This document shows positions 31,533-41,537 of a DNA stretch of 64,000 bases, in pieces. The DNA is from an uncultured Gemmatimonadales bacterium (lineage in GTDB: Bacteria > Gemmatimonadota > Gemmatimonadetes > Gemmatimonadales > GWC2-71-9), in NCBI GenBank assembly GCA_963821525.1, contig CAWGED010000019.1, positions 480,001 to 544,000 on the forward strand, given 5' to 3'. The position numbers were made by a program, and so were the translations under genes. Position 1 is the first letter of the stretch; each line of letters opens with the position of its first letter. The notes below the pieces were generated by a model that saw nothing but the letters and a program-made list of their open reading frames with translations, was not told where the DNA came from and ran no database searches.

Positions 31533-31976
31533 ATGCCACACCTGAGCTATACAGCAACCGATTGGGACGCCGAGTTCAGGGCGGTCTTCGCGCAGCGAAG
31601 CGCTCCGCCACCCTGTCCTGCCTGTCACCGGACAGGCTTCTTTGGACCGAGGCAAGCTCATGATCGCGTGTATCGCCTCTGCAAGTTCTGCGGAGCTACC
31701 AGGCTCCAGGCAGCGATCCAGTTCAGTGTTTCGCAACCGTGCATAACTGCTCGGACCGGCCAAGGTTGCTGGGGCTTCCCACATCTGGTGGGTCCAGCCT
31801 AATGAGTCCAGATATGATTGTCCCTACTGCGGTGGCGACGTTCAGGTCCGGAGACCATCACCAAACGACCCATTGAGGACCCGTCACACCCGTGGTGGCA
31901 GGTTCCGCAAAACCTGAGCTTTGACGAAGCTGCTACTTTCTGGCGCCAGCATGGCCAGCGACGATCGACCTCTAAG
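31533..31976 (+). CDS. Second cassette gene: Cys-rich putative zinc-binding protein, multiply frameshifted
   Basis: ATG about 20 bp after the attC core; CPAC, CKFC and CPYC in successive frames; ends PSHPWWQVP...FWRQHG. Confidence 0.5.
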
Positions 31977-31977
31977 T

Positions 31978-32000
31978 TGGCGGGGTGGCTGCTGCCGTAG
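31978..32000 (+). repeat. 23-bp direct repeat, right copy
   Basis: Identical to 26959-26981. Confidence 0.9.
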
Positions 32001-32018
32001 CCGATTGCCGAGTTAAGG

Positions 32019-32739
32019 ATGACCTGGCTCCAATACCTTTCGTTTCTCGCCGCGATAACAGGTGCCCGGTGGGCGCTGAATGAGATGACGCCTCACGGGG
32101 ACGATTATCTCTTTGGCGGAATAATCATTGGCTGCCTGGCCTGGATCATCTATCAGCGTTTCCGCGCCCACGCGTTGCTCGATCTCTGGTTTCGCTCAAG
32201 CGACGCCGACCGTGAGGCTCTCCGCCCGGCGCTCATGGACGCGGTTGGCCTGCGCCCGCGGTTACCGGTACCGGTCAACCCGGAGGATCGACTGACGTTT
32301 CGGTATCCCTCGGCGTCGCGGGGATATCTCACCCTCCAATTTTGGCTTTGCGTCATTTTCGGAGCGGGGATGTCTTCGTCCGATCCTGAGCGCCGAAAAT
32401 GTGGAGCCTAGTAACGGTTGGGTGCTCTTTATCCTCGGATGCGTCTTTACCCTCGCCGCCTATTGGACCAGCCGGCAACTTCGTTTCGTGGGGGACTCGG
32501 TCATTGTCGATGCTTATGGAATCGAAGTCCAGCGCGGCAAGCGTGTAAGGGAGCGTATCGAGTGGTCCGAGCTCACGCAGGTAGGGAGAACACGAGGCGG
32601 TCGGCCGCTGATCTTTGGCGCTGAAGATGGCCGCAAAATCACCGTCTGGGCCGAGCTGATAGATCACGTGCAATTTGAAGATGTGGTGGCCCGGCGCCTT
32701 ATCGGCGAGCTGCGCAGTTCAGGCAATGGTCACCACTAG
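32019..32739 (+). CDS. Hypothetical membrane protein, probably one gene split near 32380
   Basis: Overlapping ORFs 32019-32411 and 32401-32739 with TM helices and a C-terminal beta-rich (IEWSEL) domain. Confidence 0.5.
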
Positions 32740-35177
32740 TTCCCCGACAACTTCGTGATCAGCGAGTCCACTTCCTCCCCCGCCTCCGGCGACAAGTTCC
32801 CTCTCGCCTCACGTAACTGACTCAACGCCTGCATCCTTCGGAAACACGTACTCGAACGCCTGCTGGGTCCTGGCGCGTACGACGCCGCGGGAATCTCCCA
32901 GGTGGCCGGTAAGGAGCCGCATCGCGCGCTCATTGCCCCGGACGGCCAGCGCGGCGAGGGCCAGGGCCGGAGTGTCCTGCTGCCCCACCAGCGCGTTCAC
33001 CTGATCCACGAACGAGGTGTCGTTGAGCTGCGCCACGGCCGCGAGGGCCGCGTTCTGGATCGAATTCTGATAGGACGGGCTGGCAAGTCCTCGGCGAATG
33101 AAACCGGCGGCGTTGGCGGGGTCCAGTCTCGTGACGACACTGAGTGCCGCGGCCCGCACCTGGTAGCTGGTATCCTTGTCGAACGCCGCGGCCGCGATGT
33201 CCCTGGCCTGGGAGCCGCCCTGGAGTCCGAGTGAGGTGATGGCCGCCTGACGGACCTGGGAGGAAGTGTCCTTCGCCGCGGCGATCAAGGCCGGCATCGC
33301 GATCTCACCCGGCATCTTGCTCAGGGCACTCGAGGCCTGGGCCCGGGTGAGGAAGTAGTCGGAGGACGTCGCCGCTTTGGCCAAGGCTCGCGCCGCGGTG
33401 GAGTCACTGGTGCGCGAGGCAAGCTCTCCGATCGCCCACCAGCGATTCCAGAGATTCTCGTCCCGCCCGAGCTGCTCCGCGAGCCAGGCACTCGGCTCAT
33501 CGAACTTGAGCGTCTTGTAGATCGGTGTTGCCGACGTCGAACACCACCATCTGTGGCGGCGCCGAGACTCCCTCGACCCGAATCGTCTGGCTTCGCTGCT
33601 CGAGCCAGGTGCGCTGCCGGACTTCTCCTGCCGCGGTTCGTACTCGCACTTCGACCGGCATACGGAACGCAGCCGGAACGGTGTAGCGGAGCCCGGTGCT
33701 GTCGGCGGTCGCCGAGTCCAGCTGGGTCTGCTCGACGGTGAGCAGTACCGCGCTGGAAGAATCCCACTTCGCGGTGACGGTGAACTCGGCCAGACCGGCC
33801 TGGTACATCCACTGGTTCCAGAACCAATCGAGATTCTCACCGGTCGCCTCGAGGAAAGCCTGCCGCAGGTCGTCGGTGACCGCCACACCGTACGCATGGC
33901 TGGTCAGATAGCGGTTGATCCCGGCCCAGAAGCGGTCGTCTCCCAGATACTGGCGGAGCATCTCCAGCACCATCGCACCCTTGGGGTAGATGTTGTTGGA
34001 GCCCAGGGAGGCGAGCGGCATCCGGCGCTGCTTGTCGATGTCGAGAGCCTGCTGGTACTGGCTGAGGTAATAGTCCTCGCCGGAGTGATCCCCCTGTTTG
34101 GCACGCCAGTACTGACCCGGCATGAAGGTGGCGAAGCCTTCGTTGAGCCACATGTTGGCCCAGTTGGCGGTGGTGACGTAGTCGCCGAACCATTGATGGG
34201 CCAGCTCGTGGGCGATCAGCTCGTACCAGTACCAGGGGCGGTCGGCGTAGGCGGTGCGATCGGGCAGCCAGTCCACCAGCGTCGTGGCGCTGACGTTTTC
34301 CATCCCGCCGAAGAAATCGGCCACCGTGGTCTGGGCGTACTTGCTCCACGGATAAGGAACTCCGGTCAGCCTCGAGTAGGTCTCGATCATGTCCGGCGTG
34401 CGCCGGAACAGGGGGCGCGCGAGGGCGCTGTCCGGCCGGTAGACGTAGTAGTCCACCGGAATGGTGCGCCACGTGTCGTGCACCTTCACGAGCGGTGAGA
34501 CGATGAGGGAGACGAGGTAAGTGGCGGACGGGCGGTCCTGACTCCAGCGAAGGGTGCGCGGTCCCGCCCGGATTGGGCCGATCGAGCACTAGTTTGCCGT
34601 TGGAGACTGCGCTGAAGCCTTTGGGCACGGTGACCCAGACTTCCCACGTCATCTTGTCGTTGGGAAAGTCGTAGGTCGGAAACCAGTGGTGGTTGTTGTC
34701 GTCCTCGCCCTGACTCCAGAGCTGGCGGGGCCGGCGCGGCGGCTCGCTATCGGCCTCGATGAACGTCAGTCCTCGACCGTCCTCGACTCGCCCGTGATAG
34801 GCCAGCCGGAAGCGGAGCGTGTCGCCGAAGGCGGCAGCTTTCGGGAGATAGACGACGAGAGTATCCCGCAACCGCGAGTAACGCAGCTTCCCGGTTCCCT
34901 GCCCGCTCCGGCTCACCGACTCGACAAGGGAGAACTGCAGCAGCTCCCCCGCGTCCAGCACGACCGAGTCGAGTCCCGCCCGGAGCGACCGCAGCGTCGT
35001 GGTAACCACCCCGTCGAAACTCGAGCTGTCCCAGTCGAAGCCGCGCAGCTCGATCCGCTGGTGGACCAGGTCGTAGTCATGGGAGCGGCTGTAGCGGTCG
35101 TTGAGCATCCGCTCCGCGTTGGTCTGGGCAACGAGAGGCGACGCTACGAGCAGGGTGAAACCGATGAGCAATCGCAT
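32736..35177 (-). CDS. M1-family aminopeptidase with C-terminal HEAT repeats; frameshifts near 34560, 33520, 32820
   Basis: Signal peptide MRLLIGF; WFPTYDFPNDKMT; GGMEN; HELAHQWFG...WLNEGFA; YPKG; HEAT repeats. Confidence 0.88.
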
Positions 35178-35234
35178 GGATTTGATCAGGACGGCGGTTG
35201 AGGCGGCGTTGAAGGTGAACGCTATGGTACTCCG

Positions 35235-35582
35235 ATGCGGGCACCGCAAGCGTGGGTATACATCATGGCGAGTCCTTCGCGGCGGCTCTACACCGGCGTG
35301 ACCGCGGATCTCCACCGCCGAGTATGGCAGCACCGGCACCCGCACGGCCTGGGATTCACCACCCACAACCAGATCACCCGCCTGGTCTATTGCGAACCGG
35401 CGCGAGACATCGGATCGGCGATCGCGCGGGAGAAACAGCTGAAGGCCAGCTCACGAGAACAGAAGCTATCGCTGATTGCCTCGGTCAATCCGGGGTGGCT
35501 CGACCTGGCTGCGGACTGGTTCCCGGAACGACCAGGGCGATCCGATCAGAAGCGGCCGGCGGGAGGACAGCGCAATCCTTAG
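35235..35582 (+). CDS. Stand-alone GIY-YIG nuclease family protein
   Basis: VYIMAS...LYTGVT.DL.RRV.QH, AIAREKQLK, NPGWLDL. Confidence 0.88.
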   Translation: MRAPQAWVYIMASPSRRLYTGVTADLHRRVWQHRHPHGLGFTTHNQITRLVYCEPARDIGSAIAREKQLKASSREQKLSLIASVNPGWLDLAADWFPERPGRSDQKRPAGGQRNP

Positions 35583-36244
35583 AACAGGGAGATCTGGGCA
35601 ACCGGACCGAAGGTCTTGCGATGATGCCGAGTGGGTCCGAGCGAGTCGATGGCACCACAGTGTTCGGCGGTGCCGTAGCCGACATTGTGTTCCCAGCCGT
35701 AGCCGGGATAGCGCACGGCCAGACGATGCATGAGCTCGTCGCGCACCTGCTTGGCGACGATGCCGGCGGCCGCGATGGAATAGCAGATCGCGTCGCCATC
35801 GACCAGGCCTTCGTGCTTGAAGCCGCATTCGTGCATGGCCAGTCCGTCGATCAGCACCTGGTAGGAGGTGGCGCCGGAACGCCGGACACCGTCCCGGAAG
35901 ATCTTTGCGGCGCAGGTCCGGGCCACGGCGCGGCGCATGGCGAGGGCGGTCGCGACTCGAATGTTGTAACGGTCAACTTCACGCACTGAGGCCGCGGCGA
36001 CTGTAATGATGAGGGCGGAAGACTTGATGCCGGGGAGGATTTCGGCGCGCTGGTTTTCGCTCAGCGTCTTGCTGTCGCGGACACCGGGAACCGGCACGGT
36101 CCAGGCAGGAAACACCACGGCCGCGGCCACCACCGGACCGGCGAGGGGACCACGGCCGACTTCGTCAACACCGATGAGAAGGCGGCGACGAGACCAGGCC
36201 GCCTCCTCACGCTTGAGGTTGGGCCGGGGCTGCGCCGCCGCCAT
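35579..36244 (-). CDS. rnhB: Ribonuclease HII
   Basis: GVDEVGRGPLAGPVVAAAV, DSK, IAAAGIVAK..RD, GYGT..H. Confidence 0.95.
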   Translation of the reverse strand: MAAAQPRPNLKREEAAWSRRRLLIGVDEVGRGPLAGPVVAAAVVFPAWTVPVPGVRDSKTLSENQRAEILPGIKSSALIITVAAASVREVDRYNIRVATALAMRRAVARTCAAKIFRDGVRRSGATSYQVLIDGLAMHECGFKHEGLVDGDAICYSIAAAGIVAKQVRDELMHRLAVRYPGYGWEHNVGYGTAEHCGAIDSLGPTRHHRKTFGPVAQISLF

Positions 36245-36247
36245 GGC

Positions 36248-36595
36248 TCAGCTGTCTTTCTTTTCCTTGATCCGGGCGGCCTTGCCGCTCACCTTGCGGA
36301 GATAGTAGAGCTTGGCGCGGCGCACCCGTCCTTTGCGCACCACCTCGACCGAGGCGAGGGTCGGGCTGTGCATCGGGAAGACGCGCTCGACGCCGACGCC
36401 GGCCGACACCTTCCGCACCCGGAAGGTCTCGTTGATGCCACCGCCCCGCTTGCCCATGCAGAGTCCCTCGAACGCCTGCAGGCGCTCCTTGTCGCCCTCG
36501 CGAACGCGCACCATGACCCGAATGGTATCGCCGGGAGAAAATTTCGGGATGTCGGTCCGCAACCCTTCGCGGGCTACTGTCGCTATGCGTTCCAT
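36248..36595 (-). CDS. rplS: 50S ribosomal protein L19
   Basis: PGDTIRV...[29 protein letters not shown]. Confidence 0.97.
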   Translation of the reverse strand: MERIATVAREGLRTDIPKFSPGDTIRVMVRVREGDKERLQAFEGLCMGKRGGGINETFRVRKVSAGVGVERVFPMHSPTLASVEVVRKGRVRRAKLYYLRKVSGKAARIKEKKDS

Positions 36596-36626
36596 AGGTT
36601 CCTCGCAGTCCGGGGCAGCTCCGCCC

Positions 36627-37323
36627 CTACGAATGTTTCGCCTGATGTTGCCGCCACACATCCGGCCGTCGCTCGGCCGTCAGCCGCTCCGCCTCCGCCT
36701 GCCGCCACGCCGCAATGAGGGCGTGATTGCCGGAGAGGAGCGCTTCCGGCACCGGCCATCCCTGGTATTCGGGAGGCCTGGTATAACTCGGTGGGCTCAG
36801 CAGACCCTCGTAGAAGGAGTCTCCGCTGGCCGATTCATGATCTCCCAAGACGCCGGGGAGCAACCGCACCACCGCGTCCAGCACCACGATCGCCGCCGGT
36901 TCGCCGCCCGAGAGGACGAAGTCACCGATCGACAGCTCCTCGGTCGCCAGGTGATCCGCCACCCGCTGGTCCACGTCCTTGTAGTGGCCGCAGAGCAACG
37001 TGAGCGACGAGCTTCAACGACAGCCGCACTGCGTCATCGTGGCTGAACGGCTTTCCCCGCGCCGACAACAGCACGATGGGTCCCTGCCGGCAATCCGGGC
37101 CCAGCGACTCCACCGCTTCAAAGAACGGCTCCGGACGGAGCACCATCCCCGAGCCGCCGCCGTACGGGTAGTCATCCACCGTCCGGTGCCGGTCATGGGT
37201 GAAGTCCCGTAACTGCACGAGACGGTAGTTCACCTTGCCGGCTGCCGCCGCCCGCCCCGGAATACTGGCGTCCAGGTAGGCGGTGAACACTTCGGGAAAC
37301 AGGGTGATGATGTTGATCTGCAT
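36627..37323 (-). CDS. trmD: tRNA (guanine-N1)-methyltransferase, apparent frameshift near 37012
   Basis: [43 protein letters not shown] in the second frame. Confidence 0.93.
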
Positions 37324-37335
37324 CGTGTTCCGGGA

Positions 37336-37411
37336 GGGTCTGGAGTCCAGAGTCTAAAGTCTGAAGTCGCCGACTCTAGACTCTCGACTATGGACTCTAG
37401 ACTCTCGACCC
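37336..37411. repeat. Heptamer tandem-repeat hairpin (AGTC/GACT core) between rimM and trmD
   Basis: gggtctg gagtcca gagtcta aagtctg aagtc, 3-nt loop, gactcta gactctc gactatg gactcta gactctc gaccc. Confidence 0.85.
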
Positions 37412-37412
37412 T

Positions 37413-37943
37413 TTACAGATCCACCAACCCCTCCGGCAACTCCACCACCAGCACCCTCGCCTCCCGCTTTACCTCTCGCACAAACTCGCGCTTGAACGGC
37501 AGCAGGAACTCGCGCTTGGGACCCTGTACCTCCAGCATCAGGCCGGCGGGCATTTCATAGAGGTCCGTCACCAGACCCAACGCCGAACCATCGCTGCTCC
37601 GGACCGCGAAGCCCTCCAGCTCATGGAGGTAGACCTCGCCCTCGGCCGGCTTCGCCAGGATGTCTTCCGGAGCCGCCAGAAACTGGCCTCTCCAGAGCTC
37701 CATCTCGTCCCGCGATTCCACACCGCGAAACTTGATGAGCCACTCGCGATGGTATGCCTTGCTCCGCTCTACTTCAACCGGCTCCCCCACCATGGTCCCC
37801 GCGAGGTCCATCCGGCGCAGCGCGCGACCGGGCTGGAACACCGTGGCGGGATCGTCGGTCAGCGGGAAGACGGTGAATTCACCCTTCAGACCATGCGGTT
37901 TTCTGAGCCGCCCGACCACCAGGTGGCGCGGCTCCTCCGACAT
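37413..37943 (-). CDS. rimM: 16S rRNA processing protein RimM
   Basis: VGRLRKPHGLKGE, EGEVYLHELEG, LLPF; located between rpsP and trmD. Confidence 0.93.
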   Translation of the reverse strand: MSEEPRHLVVGRLRKPHGLKGEFTVFPLTDDPATVFQPGRALRRMDLAGTMVGEPVEVERSKAYHREWLIKFRGVESRDEMELWRGQFLAAPEDILAKPAEGEVYLHELEGFAVRSSDGSALGLVTDLYEMPAGLMLEVQGPKREFLLPFKREFVREVKREARVLVVELPEGLVDL

Positions 37944-37945
37944 CG

Positions 37946-38197
37946 TCAAACCGCCACGCCGGCCTTGGTCAGGAGCGCCTTGACGGTGTCGGTCGGCGTT
38001 GCACCCTTGGCGAGCCAGGCCTTGGCCTGATCGCCATCGACCCGGACCTTCTCCGCGTCGTTGACCGCCTTGGGATTGTAGGTGCCGATCGTCGCGATGA
38101 ACCGCCCGTCCCGCGGTGACTCGCGGTCGGCGATGACGATGCGATAGAGCGGCACGCCCTTGCGGCCGACCCGGCGGAGTCTGATCCTCGTTGCCAT
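37946..38197 (-). CDS. rpsP: 30S ribosomal protein S16
   Basis: RIRLRRVGRK..PLYRIVIAD..SPRDGRFI..IGTYNP, WLAKGATPTDTV. Confidence 0.97.
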   Translation of the reverse strand: MATRIRLRRVGRKGVPLYRIVIADRESPRDGRFIATIGTYNPKAVNDAEKVRVDGDQAKAWLAKGATPTDTVKALLTKAGVAV

Positions 38198-38232
38198 GCT
38201 ACCCATCCTTGAATTGAATGCTGTCTGGCGTC

Positions 38233-39570
38233 TCACATCACGCCGGGAAACCCTTTGCCGAACGGCAACCTTACTCCGGGTTTGCCGGCGGACTTCATCA
38301 GCTTCTGCATCTGCTTGAACTGCGCCAGCAACTGATTCACTTCCTGCACCGTCCGGCCTGATCCCTTCGCGATCCGGAGCCGCCGCGATCCGTTGATGAG
38401 ATCGGGATCGGCGCGTTCCTTCGGGGTCATGGACAGCACGATCGCCTCGACGTGGGTGAGGCGCTTGTCGTCCACCTGGGCCGCGCTGAGCGCCGCCATA
38501 TTCACCCCGGGCAGCATCCCCAGCACGTTCTTGATCGGCCCCATCTTCTGCATCTGCCGCATCGCGGTCAGGAAATCCTGGAGATCCAGGCCCTTCCGCG
38601 AGGTGGCCTTCTTCGCGAGCCGCTCGGCTTCCTTCGCATCGACCGTGGACTGGGCCTTCTCGACCAGGCTCAGGATGTCGCCCTGCTGAAGAATCCGCCC
38701 GGCCATCCGCTCGGGGTGGAAGGGCTCGAGGGCATCGAGCTTTTCTCCAACGCCCACGAACTTGATGGGGGCCTTGGTCACTCCGTAGATCGAGAGTGCC
38801 GCGCCACCCCGGGCGTCGCCGTCCATCTTGGTGAGGATCACACCGGTGATCCCCAGCGCTTCGTGGAAGCCGGTCGCGATGCGAACGGCGTCCTGGCCGG
38901 TCATTCCGTCGGCGATGAGCAGGATCTCATGCGGCTTCACCGCCGCCTTGAGTGCCTTCAGCTCATCCATCATGTCGTTGTCGATCTGCAGCCGGCCGGC
39001 CGTATCCACCAGAACCGTCCGAGCCCTCGCCTTCCCTGCTTCCGCTATGCCCCGCTTCACGATCCCGGCTACGTCGGTCACACCGGGCTCGGCGTGTACG
39101 CCGACGTCAACCTGCTTGCCCAGCGTCACCAGCTGATCCACCGCCGCGGGGCGGTAGACGTCGGCCGCGATCAGATACGGCGCCTTCTGCTCCAGCTTGA
39201 GCCGGCGGGCGAGTTTCCCCGCCGTGGTCGTCTTACCGGAACCCTGCAAACCAACCAGCAGCACCACCGTCGGCGGCACCGACGCGAATGCGATGGGCGC
39301 CTGTTTTTCGCCGAGCAGTGCTACCAGCTCGTCATAGACAACTTTGACCAGCTGCTGGCCCGGCCGAACCGACTTCAGGGCGGTGATTCCAACCGCTTTT
39401 TCCTGCACCCGCTCGAGAAACTCACGGGTGAGGTCGAAGCTCACGTCTGCTTCGAGCAGGATCCGGCGGACTTCCCGAAGACCGTCCTTGACGTCATCCT
39501 CGGTCAGTACACCGCGACCCGTCAGTTTTTGAAGGGCGGCGGAGAGTTTCGAGGACAGCTCGTCGAACAT
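38233..39570 (-). CDS. ffh: Signal recognition particle protein
   Basis: GLQGSGKTTT, DTAGR, TKMDGDARGG, SMTPKER. Confidence 0.97.
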   Translation of the reverse strand: MFDELSSKLSAALQKLTGRGVLTEDDVKDGLREVRRILLEADVSFDLTREFLERVQEKAVGITALKSVRPGQQLVKVVYDELVALLGEKQAPIAFASVPPTVVLLVGLQGSGKTTTAGKLARRLKLEQKAPYLIAADVYRPAAVDQLVTLGKQVDVGVHAEPGVTDVAGIVKRGIAEAGKARARTVLVDTAGRLQIDNDMMDELKALKAAVKPHEILLIADGMTGQDAVRIATGFHEALGITGVILTKMDGDARGGAALSIYGVTKAPIKFVGVGEKLDALEPFHPERMAGRILQQGDILSLVEKAQSTVDAKEAERLAKKATSRKGLDLQDFLTAMRQMQKMGPIKNVLGMLPGVNMAALSAAQVDDKRLTHVEAIVLSMTPKERADPDLINGSRRLRIAKGSGRTVQEVNQLLAQFKQMQKLMKSAGKPGVRLPFGKGFPGVM

Positions 39571-39732
39571 AAGCCCAGCATTCTAGCTGGGTTACGAGCC
39601 TTTTTCAAGCGGCTGGATGGGGTGTTCTGAGGGGCCAACTCGCGGGAATTCGGGCCGGTCGCGCCGGAAAAGGGTGCCGAATCTCCGGCCCCGCCCCGGT
39701 AGTGTTGCGGCAACCTTCGATGGGGAGCGCGC

Positions 39733-39981
39733 TTGCCACCGACTACCGACCCGGAACAGGAAACGGCCATCGGCGCCCGGGTAGCCGACCAGTTGGCCGA
39801 TGAGGCCGCCCGGGGACCCTCTGCGGCGCTTGGATTTGCCCGGACCTGCACCGATCAGGAGCTGAGACTGGGCCTGTCGTTCGTCACGACAGTGCTCGAA
39901 GTGGCCTCTATTTCGGCCCGGGCGCTCGCGGCGGCCCAGGCTGAACGGGCGCGGGATCAGAGAATTCGAGCCTGGAATTGA
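39733..39981 (+). CDS. Small hypothetical helical protein
   Basis: TTG start after GGGGAG; 82 aa; only plausible ORF in the gap. Confidence 0.5.
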   Translation: MPPTTDPEQETAIGARVADQLADEAARGPSAALGFARTCTDQELRLGLSFVTTVLEVASISARALAAAQAERARDQRIRAWN

Positions 39982-40022
39982 GTCCGACGCCTCATCTGGG
40001 CTTCTGCGTAGGGATGGTTCCG

Positions 40023-40310
40023 GAACTGCTTACCACGGAATACGCGGAAAAACGCTGAACACGCGGAAAACACATTAGTAGTGATCAGCGTTCGTCCGCG
40101 TGCTCCGCGTGCTTCCGAGGGTAGGCTTTTTAGGTCTGAAACCGAACTGTTCTGAGAAGACGTACCCGGCCTTCTCCGTGGGGCTGGCCCCGAACTGCTT
40201 AACGCGGAACACGCTGAATACGCGGAACACGCGGAAACACATTAGTAGTGATCCGCGTTCGTCCGCGTGCTCCGCGTACTTCCGCGGTAGGCTTTTTAGG
40301 TCTGAAACCG
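40023..40310. repeat. Two ~120-bp direct copies of a nonamer-repeat hairpin
   Basis: Copies 40023-40144 and 40192-40310, each (acgcggaay)n-acacattagtagtga-(tccgcgt..)n-ggtaggctttttaggtctgaaaccg; 47-bp spacer. Confidence 0.9.
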
Positions 40311-40321
40311 TGCTACGAAGG

Positions 40322-41537
40322 TCAGGGAGCCGGTTTTACGACGTGGACGGTGGGGAGGTTGTCCCATCCGGTCCACCGAACCGGGGCCAGGACGAGACGG
40401 ACTCCGGGCTTGCCATCAATGGTGGGCTGGGTGGTCTCCAGGCGGTAGCCGAGGGGACGTTTTTTCTGGAGTCGTTCGACGGTCGAGGTCACGAAGCGGA
40501 TCCGTGAGGGCTGGTCGTCCCACACGGTGTACCACACCAGTGCGGCGCCATCCGGGGCTGTCATAGACCCGGAAGCGATCACCGCCCCATCCGATCGCGA
40601 TCGGTGTCGTGACTTCGGCGGCCTTGGATAGCTCGGCGTTGAGCACCCGGATATCGAACTCGCCGAAGACGTCTTCATACAGCGCCCCGTCCGGCTGATC
40701 GAACGCCAGAGTGACCGGCACGTCTCCCCGGCCGTAGCGATAGGGATGCAGCACCTGCTCGGTCGATGTCGGCATCCGGGGACCGAAGGGCATCGTGTCG
40801 CGCAGCTCGGAGCCGGCCCACCATCGCAGAAAGTCGGCGCCAGCCAGGTAAGGGAAGATGACGCTCTCCCTCAGAATCCTCGGCGCCTTGGAGAACACCG
40901 GCATCGAGGCTTGCTGGCTCCGGAGGTTGTCCCGGTAAGTCTCCCAGAACTCGGGCATGGCGTAGAGGTTCTGCTCCGGCACCATGACCTGCAGTCCGCC
41001 GAGCGTCGCCTGACCCTCGAGGATGGCGGTAGCAGCGGAGAGCCGGTCGTTGTCGTTGGCCTGCCGCATGATGGAGTCGAGCGGGATGTATTGATGCTGC
41101 AGCGCGTGAACCAGCTCGTGCGCCACGACGACGGTCAGAAACTTGGGATCGGCATTGGCCGCGACGAAGAGCGTGCTGGAGTCCGGCTCGTAGAATCCAA
41201 CGATCTGCTCGGTGTACAGATCGAGCAGAAGGGGACGCAACTCCAGTGAATCGGGGAACATTCCAAGCAGCCGGTAAGCAGCCTGGAGCCCTCTGGCCTT
41301 CGCCGTCGGGAGTTCCTCGTCGAGCTTGTGGAGCACGTAGGAGCGCACCTGGTCCCGGCTCCGCACCGCCGACATCGGCTTGTGGGTGAACTTGAGGCCG
41401 ACTGCCTTCTCGACCGCAGGAGTCAAACTGTCCACCAGGCGGGCAACGGCTTCGGCCCCATTGGCGTCGGCCGGTGGGCGCCCACGGCAAGCGATTCCCC
41501 CGGCGACGAGGGTGAGTACAGCCAGGGTGCGGATCAC
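40322..41537 (-). CDS. Putative zinc metallopeptidase lipoprotein, apparent frameshift near 40555
   Basis: Lipobox GIAC; GFYEP, AHELVHALQ, EGQA, FPY..G, STEQVLHP, GWGGD; C-terminus in ORF 40322-40678. Confidence 0.7.

Larger units (their letters stand above)
26982..32000. mobile_element. ~5 kb genomic islet inserted at the bioD 3' end, no integrase visible
   Basis: Flanked by exact 23-bp direct repeats; cargo is a KAP NTPase fusion and integron cassettes. Confidence 0.7.

Noticed and set aside
35235..35582. GIY-YIG gene as the islet's mobilising enzyme or a homing endonuclease
   Set aside because: Lies more than 3 kb outside the direct repeats and is the common short stand-alone type, with no intron or element ends visible
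39571..39732. SRP RNA (ffs) upstream of ffh
   Set aside because: The conserved domain IV motif (CAGG..GGAA..AGCAG) is not found on either strand
40023..40310. CRISPR array
   Set aside because: Only two ~120-bp units with internal 9-bp periodicity; no 25-45-bp repeats with multiple unique spacers and no cas genes in the window
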